Shown: positions 26,201 through 36,097 of the stretch, piece after piece
Position numbering within the stretch: the stretch's first letter is position 1
How the letters are laid out: each line of letters begins with the position of its first letter
NCBI GenBank assembly: GCA_020845735.1
Contig: JADLFF010000037.1
Coordinates: forward strand, 2,615 to 66,614
Origin: Dehalococcoidia bacterium
GTDB taxonomy: Bacteria > Chloroflexota > Dehalococcoidia > UBA2979
Reading direction: 5' to 3'
DNA length: 64,000 nucleotides
Position numbers and translations under genes: made by a program
Notes under the pieces: model-generated
Database searches by the model: none
What the model was told of the DNA's origin: nothing
Seen by the model: only the letters and a program-made list of their open reading frames with translations

Positions 26201-28290
26201 CTCACGCCTCCGGGGATGTCACTCGACCCACCGCCGCTGGGTGGCCCGCCCTGGCTCGAGGTGGTCGTGCCGGTCGCGCTGGCGGTCGCCGTCGCGGTGA
26301 CCGACACGGTGCCGATGAGGACCGTCTCGCCCTCGGCCAGGCCGGAGGTCACGATGGTGTTCGTGCCGTCGCTGCCACCGATGGCGATGACGCGCCGCTC
26401 CGGGTTGCCGTCGGTGCCGCGGACGAAGACGAAGGTCTGCTGACCCTGCCGCCGGACGGCCCCCGTGGGCACGAGGATGGCATCCTTCACCACCTGCTGG
26501 ACGACTGTCACCGTCCCGTTCATGCCGGGGGTGGGCAGGCTCTGGGCGCTCAGCCGCTCGATGGCGGCATCGACGTCGTTGGCTGCGCCGAGCGACGCTC
26601 CGGCGCGGGAGGACAGCAGCTCCTCGAGGCGCGCGCGGCGGCTGCGCAGGTTGTCTCCCGTGAGGATTTGCGCCTGCACCGGGTAGGTCACCACCCCCGA
26701 GGTCAGCGTCGGCACGTTGCTCACCCCAACCACCTCGATGACGTACGCCTGCTGACTCAGCGCCGTGAACGTCACGATGCCGATCTGCCCGGCCGCGAGG
26801 CCCGGGAGGTCCGTCTCCGAGATCGTGAGCTGCACGCCGATCGCCGTCGGATCCGTGAGCGTGAACGCCTGCGTGCTCGGCCCGACGAGGTCGCCGGGGC
26901 TGATCGAGATGGCGCCGATGATCCCCGCGAACGGGGCCGTCAGGACGGTGTCGTCCACCGCATCCTGCGCCTGCTGCAACGCCACCTGGGCGTTGTTGAC
27001 CTGGAGCTCCTGGAGCAGGACATCGCTGTTCGTCCCGGAGGCCGTCTGGCGGGCAAGCACCGTGTTGAGGTTGGCCTGCGCCGTGGAGACTGCGTCGCGG
27101 CTGGTCTGGAGCTCGGCGCTCGTGGCGCCCTCGATGAGCGTCTGGTAGCGCGCCTGGGCGGCCGTCAACGCCGCTGCGGCGGCCTCGCGCGCGCGGGCAG
27201 CGGTGAGCATCTCGTCCGAGGTAGGCGTGCCGTAGTTGCTCACGTTGTAGATCAGCGCGTCGCGCTCCGCATTGAGGCCGGGGAGCATCGCCGTGGCCTG
27301 GAGCTGGTGCCACGCCGCCTGCTGGAAGTCGACGCTCTGGGTCGCAGCCGCCGTGTTGAACGCACGCGCGAGCTGGGTGAGGTCGCCACTGCCCGACGCC
27401 CGGGCATCGATGGCGGCGGCCAGCCCTGCGATGTCACTCGACGACTCCGCCACCGAGAGGCAGGGCGCGGGGTTGCCGGTGCCGCGGCAGCGCAGATCGA
27501 CGGCCTTCACGAGGTCGTTCAGCGTCGCACGGAGCAGCATGCCGCCCCCGCCCAGCTCGTCGGTGACCGCGCGAGTGACCTGCTCGGCGGCGCTCAGCTG
27601 CTGGCTTGTCGTGTCGATGTGGGCCTGCACGGTCTGGACGTCGCCACCGATCTGGACTCGCCGTTGGAGGTCCCCCAGGCTCGTCTGTGTCGTCGCGAGG
27701 TTGCTCTCGGCAGTGGTGACCGCCTGGCGTGCGGAGGCCGCGTCGGCGTTCGACGCGCCCTTCTGCAGCTCGACGAGGTCATTCTGCGCCTTCGTGAGCT
27801 GGGCTCGCGCGCTCACCACCGACTGGACCACCGTCGCCCGGTCCTCCGGGAGCGACGCGAGCAACTGGTCGAGTCGCAGCTGCGCGCTCTCGAGGTTGGT
27901 CTCGGCCTGCTGGAGCGCCCTCGACACGTTCCGTGAATCGAGCGTCGCCAGTTGCTGCCCGGCGGTCACCGTCTCACCGACCTTCACATCGACGGTCTTC
28001 ACCAGTCCGGTGACGGTCGTCGCCCCCGAGGCGTTGAAGGTGAGCTTCGACTGCAGCACCGCGTACGCGGAACCCGAGGCGCTGAACGTGGTCGCGAGCT
28101 GGCCCTGAGTCACGGTCGCGGCCTGCACCGTGGGCGTCGCCACCGGCGTCGACTCGAACCACGTGCTGTACGCCAGCCAGCCACCCACGCCCAGCACTGC
28201 GAGGAGCAGCAGGAGCGGAGGGAGCCAGCGCGACCGCGACGGTGCGAGCCGCGTGATCTCCTTCACGCTAGTCCGAGTGCTAGACATCAC
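26197..28290 (-). CDS. HlyD/MacA-like periplasmic adaptor subunit, unusually long (697 aa) coiled-coil region
   Basis: N-terminal TM anchor. Long coiled-coil segments (RALQQAETNLESAQLRLDQLL...). C-terminal beta-barrel-like region. ATGA/GTGA overlaps with both ABC genes. Confidence 0.8.
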   Translation of the reverse strand: MMSSTRTSVKEITRLAPSRSRWLPPLLLLLAVLGVGGWLAYSTWFESTPVATPTVQAATVTQGQLATTFSASGSAYAVLQSKLTFNASGATTVTGLVKTVDVKVGETVTAGQQLATLDSRNVSRALQQAETNLESAQLRLDQLLASLPEDRATVVQSVVSARAQLTKAQNDLVELQKGASNADAASARQAVTTAESNLATTQTSLGDLQRRVQIGGDVQTVQAHIDTTSQQLSAAEQVTRAVTDELGGGGMLLRATLNDLVKAVDLRCRGTGNPAPCLSVAESSSDIAGLAAAIDARASGSGDLTQLARAFNTAAATQSVDFQQAAWHQLQATAMLPGLNAERDALIYNVSNYGTPTSDEMLTAARAREAAAAALTAAQARYQTLIEGATSAELQTSRDAVSTAQANLNTVLARQTASGTNSDVLLQELQVNNAQVALQQAQDAVDDTVLTAPFAGIIGAISISPGDLVGPSTQAFTLTDPTAIGVQLTISETDLPGLAAGQIGIVTFTALSQQAYVIEVVGVSNVPTLTSGVVTYPVQAQILTGDNLRSRRARLEELLSSRAGASLGAANDVDAAIERLSAQSLPTPGMNGTVTVVQQVVKDAILVPTGAVRRQGQQTFVFVRGTDGNPERRVIAIGGSDGTNTIVTSGLAEGETVLIGTVSVTATATASATGTTTSSQGGPPSGGGSSDIPGGVR

Positions 28291-29048
28291 GCGCCTCCTT
28301 CGAGCGCGTGCGCCACATCGGAGTCACGGAGGTCTTCGATGACCTGTCCGTCCTGCATCCGGATGAGGCGGCGCGCATATGCAGCCACCAACGGCTCGTG
28401 CGTAACAATGACGAGGGTGATCCCCTGCTCCTCGGCGAGCCCGAGAAAAAGCTCCATGATCTCGCGGCTGGTCCGCGTATCGAGGGCGCCCGTCGGCTCA
28501 TCGGCGAGGATGATCCGAGGATTCACCACCAGCGAGCGCGCGATCGCGACCCGCTGCTGCTGCCCGCCGGAGAGCTGCGAGGGGGAGTGGCGGGCGCGCT
28601 CTCCCATGCCCACCGCCTCGAGGGCGGCGAGCGAACGCTCGTTGATATCGCGCGCGCCCTGGTAGAGCAGCGGCAGCCCCACCTGCTCGACGGCTGCCAT
28701 ACGCGCGATCAGGTTGTAGGACTGGAACACGAAGCCGAAGACGTGATTGCGCAGCAGCGCCCGCACCCGGTTGCTCTCGCGTCCCACGTCCACACCTTCG
28801 AGGAGGTACGTGCCGTCCGTCGGCCGGTCGAGGCAGCCGATCACGTTCATCAACGTGCTCTTGCCGGAGCCCGACGCGCCCATCACCGCCACGACTTCGC
28901 CCGTGTCGATGCGGAGGCTGACGCGGTCGAGCGCCCGGATCAGTTGCTCGCCCTCGCCGTAGGTCCGTTCGACCTCCACGAGCTCCACCAGGGGAGCCTC
29001 GGCGGACGGTGTGGGCTGAGCCGGTGTGATCGCCTGTGTGTGGGCCAT
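28287..29048 (-). CDS. ABC transporter ATP-binding protein (MacB-type ATPase)
   Basis: Walker A GASGSGKST, signature LSGGQQQRVAIARSL, Walker B ILADEPTGALD. Confidence 0.9.
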   Translation of the reverse strand: MAHTQAITPAQPTPSAEAPLVELVEVERTYGEGEQLIRALDRVSLRIDTGEVVAVMGASGSGKSTLMNVIGCLDRPTDGTYLLEGVDVGRESNRVRALLRNHVFGFVFQSYNLIARMAAVEQVGLPLLYQGARDINERSLAALEAVGMGERARHSPSQLSGGQQQRVAIARSLVVNPRIILADEPTGALDTRTSREIMELFLGLAEEQGITLVIVTHEPLVAAYARRLIRMQDGQVIEDLRDSDVAHALEGGA

Positions 29049-29229
29049 CGGGCCGGGTCCTCTCCCTTGGCCATCGCCCGTTTCGAGCCGCCTCGGCGGT
29101 CCGTCGCGATCGCCGCGAAGGGTTTCGCCGAGGCGAGACTCGGGGCCAGGGCCAGCAATCAGATCAAGGTGAACCGCGAGGCGGCTCGCCTGTGCGCAGG
29201 ATGTGAGTCGCGCGCCGCGACGCTGCCCG

Positions 29230-30117
29230 CTACGTGATCTGCAGCCCCAGCGCGAAGGAGGCGTCGTACCCGGCCGCGGTCTTCACGGGCGCGAGCAGGA
29301 GCTGGCTGCCACCGTTGCCGAAGATGCCATCGTTCGTGTTCAACGTGCTCCGCCGCCCCTTCTGGCTGTACGGCGCGAGGGCAAACACCTGGTCCGAGAG
29401 CGCATCGTCGAAGTACAGCTGCGACGTGAACTCCTGCGCCTTCCCCGCGGAGTCGCGGGCGCGGACCTTGAAGTGAATGTGCACCGTGCGGCCCTGGTAC
29501 CAGCCCGGGTAGATCGTGGTGAACTTCGCCGCCCCCAGGTTGTCCGTCACCTGGAAGCCCCGCAGGAACTGCTTCCCGACCGAGTTGAAGTTGCCCGCCG
29601 CCGTGTCGCGGACGTCCGAGTACACACCGAGCGCGTCGCACTGCCAGATGTCGACCATCGCTCCCGCCAGCGGCTCACACGCCGAGGCGTTCATCCGCAT
29701 CACTCGGAACGTCAGGTCGAGGGGCACACCATCGCTCAGCGCCCCGCTCGCGGGGTCGGAGCGGATGTCGCTGCGATTGAGCCCCTCATCGACGAAGTAC
29801 GGGCCCTCCGTCTGCTCGGGCCGCACCACGCACTGCACCACCGCCGGAGTCGCGGCTCCCGAGGCGGCACTCGCGCTCGTCGATGCCGCGGTGGCCGCGA
29901 CGGTGGCTGCGCTCGACCCGCCTGAGCCGCTGGCGCCGGCCGCGGTGCCCGTCGCCCCCGGGACCACCTCGACCACGTCGTCACCACATCCCACGATCGC
30001 CGCAATGCCGGCGGCCCCCAGGAATGCGATGGCCTCGCGCCGGCTGAGCAGTCGCCCGACCTGTGCGTCGTCGTTGTCCACGTCTGTCTCCTGTTCTGCG
30101 AGGGGAGCCACGGTCAC
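29230..30117 (-). CDS. Intradiol ring-cleavage dioxygenase-like protein, Tat-signal secreted
   Basis: Tat-like RREAIAFLGAAGIAA. TEGPYF and GRTVHIHFKV motifs of the intradiol dioxygenase fold. Confidence 0.7.
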   Translation of the reverse strand: MTVAPLAEQETDVDNDDAQVGRLLSRREAIAFLGAAGIAAIVGCGDDVVEVVPGATGTAAGASGSGGSSAATVAATAASTSASAASGAATPAVVQCVVRPEQTEGPYFVDEGLNRSDIRSDPASGALSDGVPLDLTFRVMRMNASACEPLAGAMVDIWQCDALGVYSDVRDTAAGNFNSVGKQFLRGFQVTDNLGAAKFTTIYPGWYQGRTVHIHFKVRARDSAGKAQEFTSQLYFDDALSDQVFALAPYSQKGRRSTLNTNDGIFGNGGSQLLLAPVKTAAGYDASFALGLQIT

Positions 30118-30168
30118 CGGGCTCCCCTCGCGCTATCCGAGGCGTTGCGTACGGTTCGAGTTGTACGC

Positions 30169-30942
30169 CTAGGCGTTCTGGCGCTCGAACGCGAGCTGAA
30201 TCTCCAGCGTCGCCTTGTCGGCCACCGAGAGCACCGCCGCCGCCCGAGGCTGCGCGATGCCGTAGTCGGCGAACGCGATCTCCGTCGTGCCGACCACCAC
30301 CACGCGCCCGCTCGTCAGCTGCCCCTCGAGCGGGATGGTCACCGTGCGCTCGACGCCGTGCACGTTGAGGACGCCCGTCGCCGTGGCCTTGATCACCGTG
30401 CCCTCGCTCGGGATCGAGTCGAGCTTGATCGGGCTGGTGAGCTCGAAGCTCGCCGTCGGGTACTTCGAGGTCTCCAGCGCCTGCTGGCGCAGCGCCATGT
30501 CGCGTCGCGACTGGTCACTCTGCAGCTGCGACACGTCAGCATCGAGGTCCACGGCAGTGATCTGGCTGCCGTCGAACGCCAGGGTCCCGGTCACCGCCGT
30601 CGTCCGGCCGACGGCCGTCGTGGCGCCGATGCCCGCGAGCTCCTCCTCGACGCGGTAGCCCACGAACGAGGCCCCGCCACCCACCACCGACCACGTCCCC
30701 TCGAGGCCGCTCGTGGCGCTCCCCGAGGTGCTGCTCGTGCTGCTGGTGCCGCTCGAGCTGGCGGTCCCCACGGAGGCCACCGCACTCTCGAGGCTGACCG
30801 TCGCCGGGTCACTGCCCCCCGCCATCACCATCACACCACCGACGATTGCCGAGACCGCGACCACCGCGGCTCCGACCATGCTCAGAAGGGTCCTGTTGCC
30901 TGCCATCTGCTTCCACCTTTCGTCCGCCCACTGGAGGCGCAA
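30169..30942 (-). CDS. YceI-like domain protein (membrane-anchored, S/T-rich linker)
   Basis: FVGYRVEEELAGIGATTAVGRT..VTGTL and GVLNVHGVERTVTIPLEGQ match YceI-like beta-barrel signatures. N-terminal TM helix. Confidence 0.7.
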   Translation of the reverse strand: MRLQWADERWKQMAGNRTLLSMVGAAVVAVSAIVGGVMVMAGGSDPATVSLESAVASVGTASSSGTSSTSSTSGSATSGLEGTWSVVGGGASFVGYRVEEELAGIGATTAVGRTTAVTGTLAFDGSQITAVDLDADVSQLQSDQSRRDMALRQQALETSKYPTASFELTSPIKLDSIPSEGTVIKATATGVLNVHGVERTVTIPLEGQLTSGRVVVVGTTEIAFADYGIAQPRAAAVLSVADKATLEIQLAFERQNA

Positions 30943-31289
30943 TCAACGTACGAGGGGGCGCCGGGGCGTCGCGTCCGCTCGGCGGCTCAACCTGCGCGCA
31001 CACCCCCGGGCCGAGGCGCGCGCACCCCGTACTCCCCCGGGCGTACGCCCCCTCGAGGGCGCTGCGCCCGCCGCACTCCGCGCCTCGTTCAGGCCTGCCC
31101 GGCGGGACCCGCGAGGAGTCGCGCGGCCCGGTGGCGTACTCCCGCGGGATGACGCCCGCCTGCACCCCGGCGATGACGACGGGATGCGCCCGGGCTGTGA
31201 TACTTGGCGACACGCGGCCAGACCCCGAGGAGCGCAGAGGGCGCACGGGGCGCACGAGCAGCGGCGGGCAACGGACGAGGAGCGCACGC

Positions 31290-32489
31290 ATGTCGGCATC
31301 CCTCGCCAGTCGCAGCGGACTGGCGCTCCGCTGGGCCCACCGAGTGCCGCCGTGGGCCTTCGATGCCACGCTCGCCGTGGCCCTCTTCGCCGTCGGTCTC
31401 TTCCAGGTCCTCGAGCCACGGCCGGGACCCGATGCCGTCATCACGCCCTGGTGGCACGTCGCGCTGCTTGCCATCGCGGCCGGGAGCGGCGCCGTGCGCT
31501 CCCGATGGCCGCTCGTCACGCTGGGCGTCGTGGTCCTCAGCGCCGCGCCCTACTGGGTCGCCGACCCGCGCCAGCTCGCGATGCTGCCGATGGTGCTCGT
31601 GGCCCTGTACTCAGTGGTCGCCCAGTCAGAGGTGCCCAGGCTGCAGGCGTGGACGTTCGCGCTCGGGGCAGCCGCCCTGCTCGGGGCCGCGCTGGTCTCC
31701 GGAGGGCGGCCCGGCGTCGATCCCATCCAGACGGCGATGCTGATGTCGATGCTGGGCGCGGTGCTCCTCGGCGACGCGACACGCAGCCGCCGCGCGCTGG
31801 TCGAGGAGGCCGAGCGACGCGCCATCGAGGCCGAGCGGTCTCGCGAGGAGCACGCGCTCCGCCGCGTCTCCGAGGAGCGCCTCCAGATCGCGCGTGAGCT
31901 GCACGATGTCGTGGCGCACAACATCTCGCTGATCAACGTGCAGGCGGGCGTCGCTGCGCACCTCCGCGAACGCGACCCCGATCGCGTGCAGGAGGCGTTC
32001 GAGACGATCAGGCGCGTCAGCCACTTGACCCTCGATGAGATGCGCGCCCTCGTGGGCGTCCTCCGCGAGCCCGTCGAGTCGGCCCCGGTCGCGCCCATGA
32101 CCGGCCTCGAGGGGATCGACGCCCTCGTCCAGTCGCTCGAGGAAGCGGGCGTCGAAGTGGACGTCGCCATCGAGGGCGAGCGGCCCGGCCTCCCCTCGAC
32201 CGTGAGTCTCTCCGCGTACCGTGTCCTCCAGGAGGCCCTCACGAACGCGCTGCGCTACGGCGACGGCCAGCGCGTCACCCTGCGCCTCGCCTATCGCGAG
32301 GACGGCGTGGAGATCGAGGTGGTGAACGGGATGCCGCAGCAGCGGCGCGCACCATCCGAGGGCGGCCACGGCCTCGAGGGCATGCGCGAACGCGTGACGG
32401 CGCTCGGCGGCAGGCTCCAGGCGGGCCCGTCGAGGGACGGGCGCTTCCGCGTTCACGCGGTCCTGCCGATCAGGCGCGACGAGCCATGA
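31290..32489 (+). CDS. Sensor histidine kinase (NarL-type, HisKA_3)
   Basis: Four N-terminal TM helices. H-box ELHDVVAHNISLINVQAG. HATPase_c C-terminus (EALTNALRYG...G.GLEGMRERV). Track ORF 30846.. trimmed to ATG 31290. Confidence 0.8.
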   Translation: MSASLASRSGLALRWAHRVPPWAFDATLAVALFAVGLFQVLEPRPGPDAVITPWWHVALLAIAAGSGAVRSRWPLVTLGVVVLSAAPYWVADPRQLAMLPMVLVALYSVVAQSEVPRLQAWTFALGAAALLGAALVSGGRPGVDPIQTAMLMSMLGAVLLGDATRSRRALVEEAERRAIEAERSREEHALRRVSEERLQIARELHDVVAHNISLINVQAGVAAHLRERDPDRVQEAFETIRRVSHLTLDEMRALVGVLREPVESAPVAPMTGLEGIDALVQSLEEAGVEVDVAIEGERPGLPSTVSLSAYRVLQEALTNALRYGDGQRVTLRLAYREDGVEIEVVNGMPQQRRAPSEGGHGLEGMRERVTALGGRLQAGPSRDGRFRVHAVLPIRRDEP

Positions 32490-33154
32490 TCCGCGTGGCC
32501 ATCGTCGACGACCAGGCGCTGGTCCGAGCAGGCTTCGCCGCGCTCCTCAGTGCCGAGCCGGACATCGAAGTGGTGGGGCAGGCCGAGGACGGAGCCGGCG
32601 CGGTGGCCCTCGCTGGCGAGGCCGCCCCCCACGTGATCCTCATGGACATCCGCATGCCGGGCATGGACGGCATCGAGGCGACCCGCCGGATCCTGGGCGC
32701 ACCGGGCTCCGAGGACACGCGCGTCCTCGTGCTCACCACGTTCGACCTCGATGAGTACGTCTACGAGGCGCTCGGCGCCGGCGCCAGCGGCTTCCTCCTG
32801 AAGGACACGGACCCCGCCGATCTCATCGCGGCCGTGCGCGTGATCGCGGCGGGCGATGCCCTGCTCGCGCCCTCCGTCACGCGCCGGCTCATCGCCGAGT
32901 TCGCGAGTCGCCCCGCCAGCACGCGCCAGGTGCCGGCCTCCCTCGGTGACCTCACCGATCGCGAGCGGGAGGTGCTGGTGCTCGTCGCGGGCGGCTTGAA
33001 CAACGAGGAGATCGCCGACCGGCTGGTCATCAGCCCGGCAACGGCGAAGACGCACGTGAGCCGCATCATGGGAAAGCTGGACGTCCGCGACCGCAGCCAG
33101 CTGGTGGTGATCGCGTACGAGTCGGGCCTCGTGAGGGCGCGCCCGGCGAGCTGA
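32486..33154 (+). CDS. Response regulator, NarL/LuxR family
   Basis: REC domain (IRVAIVDDQALVRAGF...ILMDIRMPGMDG). LuxR HTH (LTDREREVLVLVAGGLNNEEIADRLVISPATAKTHVSRIMGKL). ATGA overlap with the kinase. Confidence 0.85.
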   Translation: MIRVAIVDDQALVRAGFAALLSAEPDIEVVGQAEDGAGAVALAGEAAPHVILMDIRMPGMDGIEATRRILGAPGSEDTRVLVLTTFDLDEYVYEALGAGASGFLLKDTDPADLIAAVRVIAAGDALLAPSVTRRLIAEFASRPASTRQVPASLGDLTDREREVLVLVAGGLNNEEIADRLVISPATAKTHVSRIMGKLDVRDRSQLVVIAYESGLVRARPAS

Positions 33155-33400
33155 GCGCCCGCCACGGCGGACCGCCGAGGCGGCCTCGGCCCTACTTTGC
33201 CCGGCCGAGATTCAGGTAGAACCCGCCGCCCACGAGGAGGCGCCGGAACTCGCCGCGCCAGAACACGTCATGTACGCCGGGACCGATGTGCCGCCAGGGC
33301 GTGCGCGAGAGCCGGCCAACGAGCGGTGCCATCCTCGACCTCCCACTGACTCCCGACTGCGATGCGATGAAGTCTAGTAACTCGATAAGAGAAGTCAAGT

Positions 33401-36079
33401 TTGAGGGGGTGGAATCCCCTAGGGGTGCTCGCCGATTCTGAACTCCCCGGCGAGGGCGATCATGAGGCGACACCTCACGCCCCCGTCAGGATTGGTCGGT
33501 CGCGAGTGACGCTCCCCCGTGTGCACCCCTCCCGAACTCCGCGTCGAGGTCACGCACCGCTGGTCTCCGCGCTCGCGGCGGCCGCCGTCGTGCTCGCGCT
33601 CACCGCATCCGCCGCGATCATCCACGCCGACACGCCACCCCTCGAGGTGACCGCCACCGAGTACCAGCCCGCCACGGGCGAGCTCGTCGTCGACTACTCC
33701 GGCTCGGACGCTGCCCTCCCCCGCATCGAGGTGGACGGGCGCGAGGTCGCCGTCTCGGACGCCCAGCGGACCGTCACCGGTGCCTCGGGCACGGTCGTCC
33801 TCGTGATCGAGGCGAGCTCGAGCACGGCCGGGTCCCTGCTCGACCAGGAGCTCCGGTACGCCCGCGCCTTCGTCGAGGGGTTGCGCCCCGGCGTGGCCGT
33901 CGGCGTGGTCTTCTTCGGCGACGCCGTCAAGGAGGAGGCGCCCACCACCGACCGGGCCGTCGTGCTCCACGCCCTCGACAATCCGCCGGTGGGCACCGCC
34001 GCCGTCCTCTACGACGGTGTGGCAAGCGCCGCCGATATGCTGCGCAGCGCGCCGGCCCCTCGCACCATGGCAGTGCTCACCTTCGGGTGGCACTTCGGTG
34101 CCCAGGGTGTCTCGCGCGGGCAGAGCGCCGAGGCGACTCGGGCCACCGGTGCCGCCGTCCATGCGGTCGCCGTCGGCGCCGACTACGACGTCACCTACCT
34201 GCGCGACCTGGCGGGCAGCACCGGCAGCTTCGAGGCAGGGGCGAACCCTGCCCACGCAAGCACGATCGCGCTCGGGGCCGGCTCCGCTGCCTATCGCCTG
34301 CGCGTGCCCGTCGAGTTGACCGGCGGCCAGCACACCGTCCGAGTCGGCTCCGGGACCGCGACGGTGGAGCGCACCGTCACGAGTCCGACCGCACCGGCCG
34401 CTCCCGCCACGTCCTCGACGGCCGCGAGCAGCCCGGCAACCGGTTCCGCGACCGGCTCTGCGACCGGCTCTGCGCCTGCCCCGGGGCAGGCCGCGCCCGA
34501 GGGCGGTTCGAGCGGCGGTTGGTCCGTGGTCACCGCGACGCTGATCGCTCTCCTCGCGGCCGGCGCCGCGTTCCTCGGCTGGCGCAAGTTCTCTGCCTCG
34601 CCCGCGCTCGATGACGCGTTCGCAGCATCCGAGGAAGCCACCGACCCGGCGACCGCAACGACCGCGACACTCACCGACGCGCCCGTCGAGACCCCGCTGG
34701 CGCCTCAGGCTCTGCCTCAGTGGGAGCCCGCCGAGGTGCTCACGCCGCTCCCCGCCCTCGACGCCGTCGCCGAGCTCGCCGATGCGCTCATCGAGCCTCC
34801 CGTCGCCACGGCCACCAACGAGGTCCCGGCGGACCTCGAGGCGGCGTCGGACGCGGACGACGTGGACGAGTTGGACGAGCTGGACGAGCTGGGGCGCATC
34901 GCCCCGACGCCGATCCGCATCGAGCCGCTCGAACCACTCTCACCGCTCGCCTCGGCAACCCCCGAGGTCGAGCCGTCGCTCGCGGCCCTGATCGAGTCCT
35001 TCGAGCGCGCCGCGCCCACCGTCGTGGATCAGGGCGACGCGCCCGACCCGCTCGCCACCCTCGAGGAGCGCGCGTCCACGGCGACACCCGCCGAGTCACC
35101 CGAGCCCGCGCCCGTCCCGCGCACCGCCGAGGTCATGGCCTCGGTCACCTCCGCACTTGGGTCGGCCCGCGCGACGCTCGCCGCACGCCTCAGCGGCATG
35201 TCGCTGCCCGGCGTCTCGCTGCGCCGCTCCGGCACCGCCTCGAACCTCCGCCCGGGACTCGCCAGCACCGTCGAGTCGCGCATCCGCAGCGCCCTGCAGC
35301 GCCACGCCCTCGCCGTCCTCTACCAGCCGGTGTGCGATGGCACCACGGGCACGCTCGTCGGTGGCGAGGCACTCCTGCGCACGGAAGGCATCCTCGAGGT
35401 GGGCGCGGCGCGTAGTGTCGTGCGCGAGGCCTCCGCCCTCGGACGCATGCCCGAGATCACCGCGTTCGTCATCCCCGAGGCGTGCCGTACCGCGGCAGCC
35501 GTGGCCGCGGCAGGCTCGACCATCCCCGTCTCCCTGAACCTCAGCGCCGAGCAGATCCTCGACCGCGACTTCATGCGCGTCCTGACCAGCGCCCTGCTCG
35601 AGTACGGGGTGCCCATCGGCCAGCTCGCCCTCGAGGTGCCCGAGCACGCCCTGATCGGCAACGCTTCGGCGATTGGCGTGCTCCACGACGCCTCCCGACT
35701 CGGGGTGCGCATCATCGTCGATGACTTCTGGGCGAGCACGAGCGAGCTCCTCGGGCAGCTCCCTCCGCTGTACGCGGTGAAGGTCGACGTCTCACACGGC
35801 AGCGGCAGCGCGCGCGCCGAGCAGGAGCTCCGCCGCGTCGTGGTCGCCGCTCGCGAGGCGACCGTCGATGTCATCGCCAAGCGCGTGGAAACCGAGGCGG
35901 ATCGCGCCTTCGCCGCCTCCCTGGGCTGCGAGATGATGCAGGGCAACGAGTTCTCGCGCCCCGTCACCGCCGAGGAGTTCGTGGCGATGCGCGACGGCGT
36001 CCAGGTCTCGCCGCCCAACGGCGGTGAGACGCACGGGCCGCCGGCCACCTGGGAGCGCGACCGGCGCAACGTCGCCTAG
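33401..36079 (+). CDS. Extracytoplasmic vWA-like domain – TM – cytoplasmic EAL domain protein (c-di-GMP phosphodiesterase)
   Basis: Signal/TM LVSALAAAAVVLALTASA. vWA-like region with degenerate MIDAS (IEASSST). TM WSVVTATLIALLAAGAAFLGW. EAL motifs YQPV...GEALLR, IVDDFWASTSEL, EMMQGNEFSRP. True start probably an internal GTG near 33500. Confidence 0.7.
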   Translation: MRGWNPLGVLADSELPGEGDHEATPHAPVRIGRSRVTLPRVHPSRTPRRGHAPLVSALAAAAVVLALTASAAIIHADTPPLEVTATEYQPATGELVVDYSGSDAALPRIEVDGREVAVSDAQRTVTGASGTVVLVIEASSSTAGSLLDQELRYARAFVEGLRPGVAVGVVFFGDAVKEEAPTTDRAVVLHALDNPPVGTAAVLYDGVASAADMLRSAPAPRTMAVLTFGWHFGAQGVSRGQSAEATRATGAAVHAVAVGADYDVTYLRDLAGSTGSFEAGANPAHASTIALGAGSAAYRLRVPVELTGGQHTVRVGSGTATVERTVTSPTAPAAPATSSTAASSPATGSATGSATGSAPAPGQAAPEGGSSGGWSVVTATLIALLAAGAAFLGWRKFSASPALDDAFAASEEATDPATATTATLTDAPVETPLAPQALPQWEPAEVLTPLPALDAVAELADALIEPPVATATNEVPADLEAASDADDVDELDELDELGRIAPTPIRIEPLEPLSPLASATPEVEPSLAALIESFERAAPTVVDQGDAPDPLATLEERASTATPAESPEPAPVPRTAEVMASVTSALGSARATLAARLSGMSLPGVSLRRSGTASNLRPGLASTVESRIRSALQRHALAVLYQPVCDGTTGTLVGGEALLRTEGILEVGAARSVVREASALGRMPEITAFVIPEACRTAAAVAAAGSTIPVSLNLSAEQILDRDFMRVLTSALLEYGVPIGQLALEVPEHALIGNASAIGVLHDASRLGVRIIVDDFWASTSELLGQLPPLYAVKVDVSHGSGSARAEQELRRVVVAAREATVDVIAKRVETEADRAFAASLGCEMMQGNEFSRPVTAEEFVAMRDGVQVSPPNGGETHGPPATWERDRRNVA

Positions 36080-36097
36080 CGTCGTCGCGAACGAACT

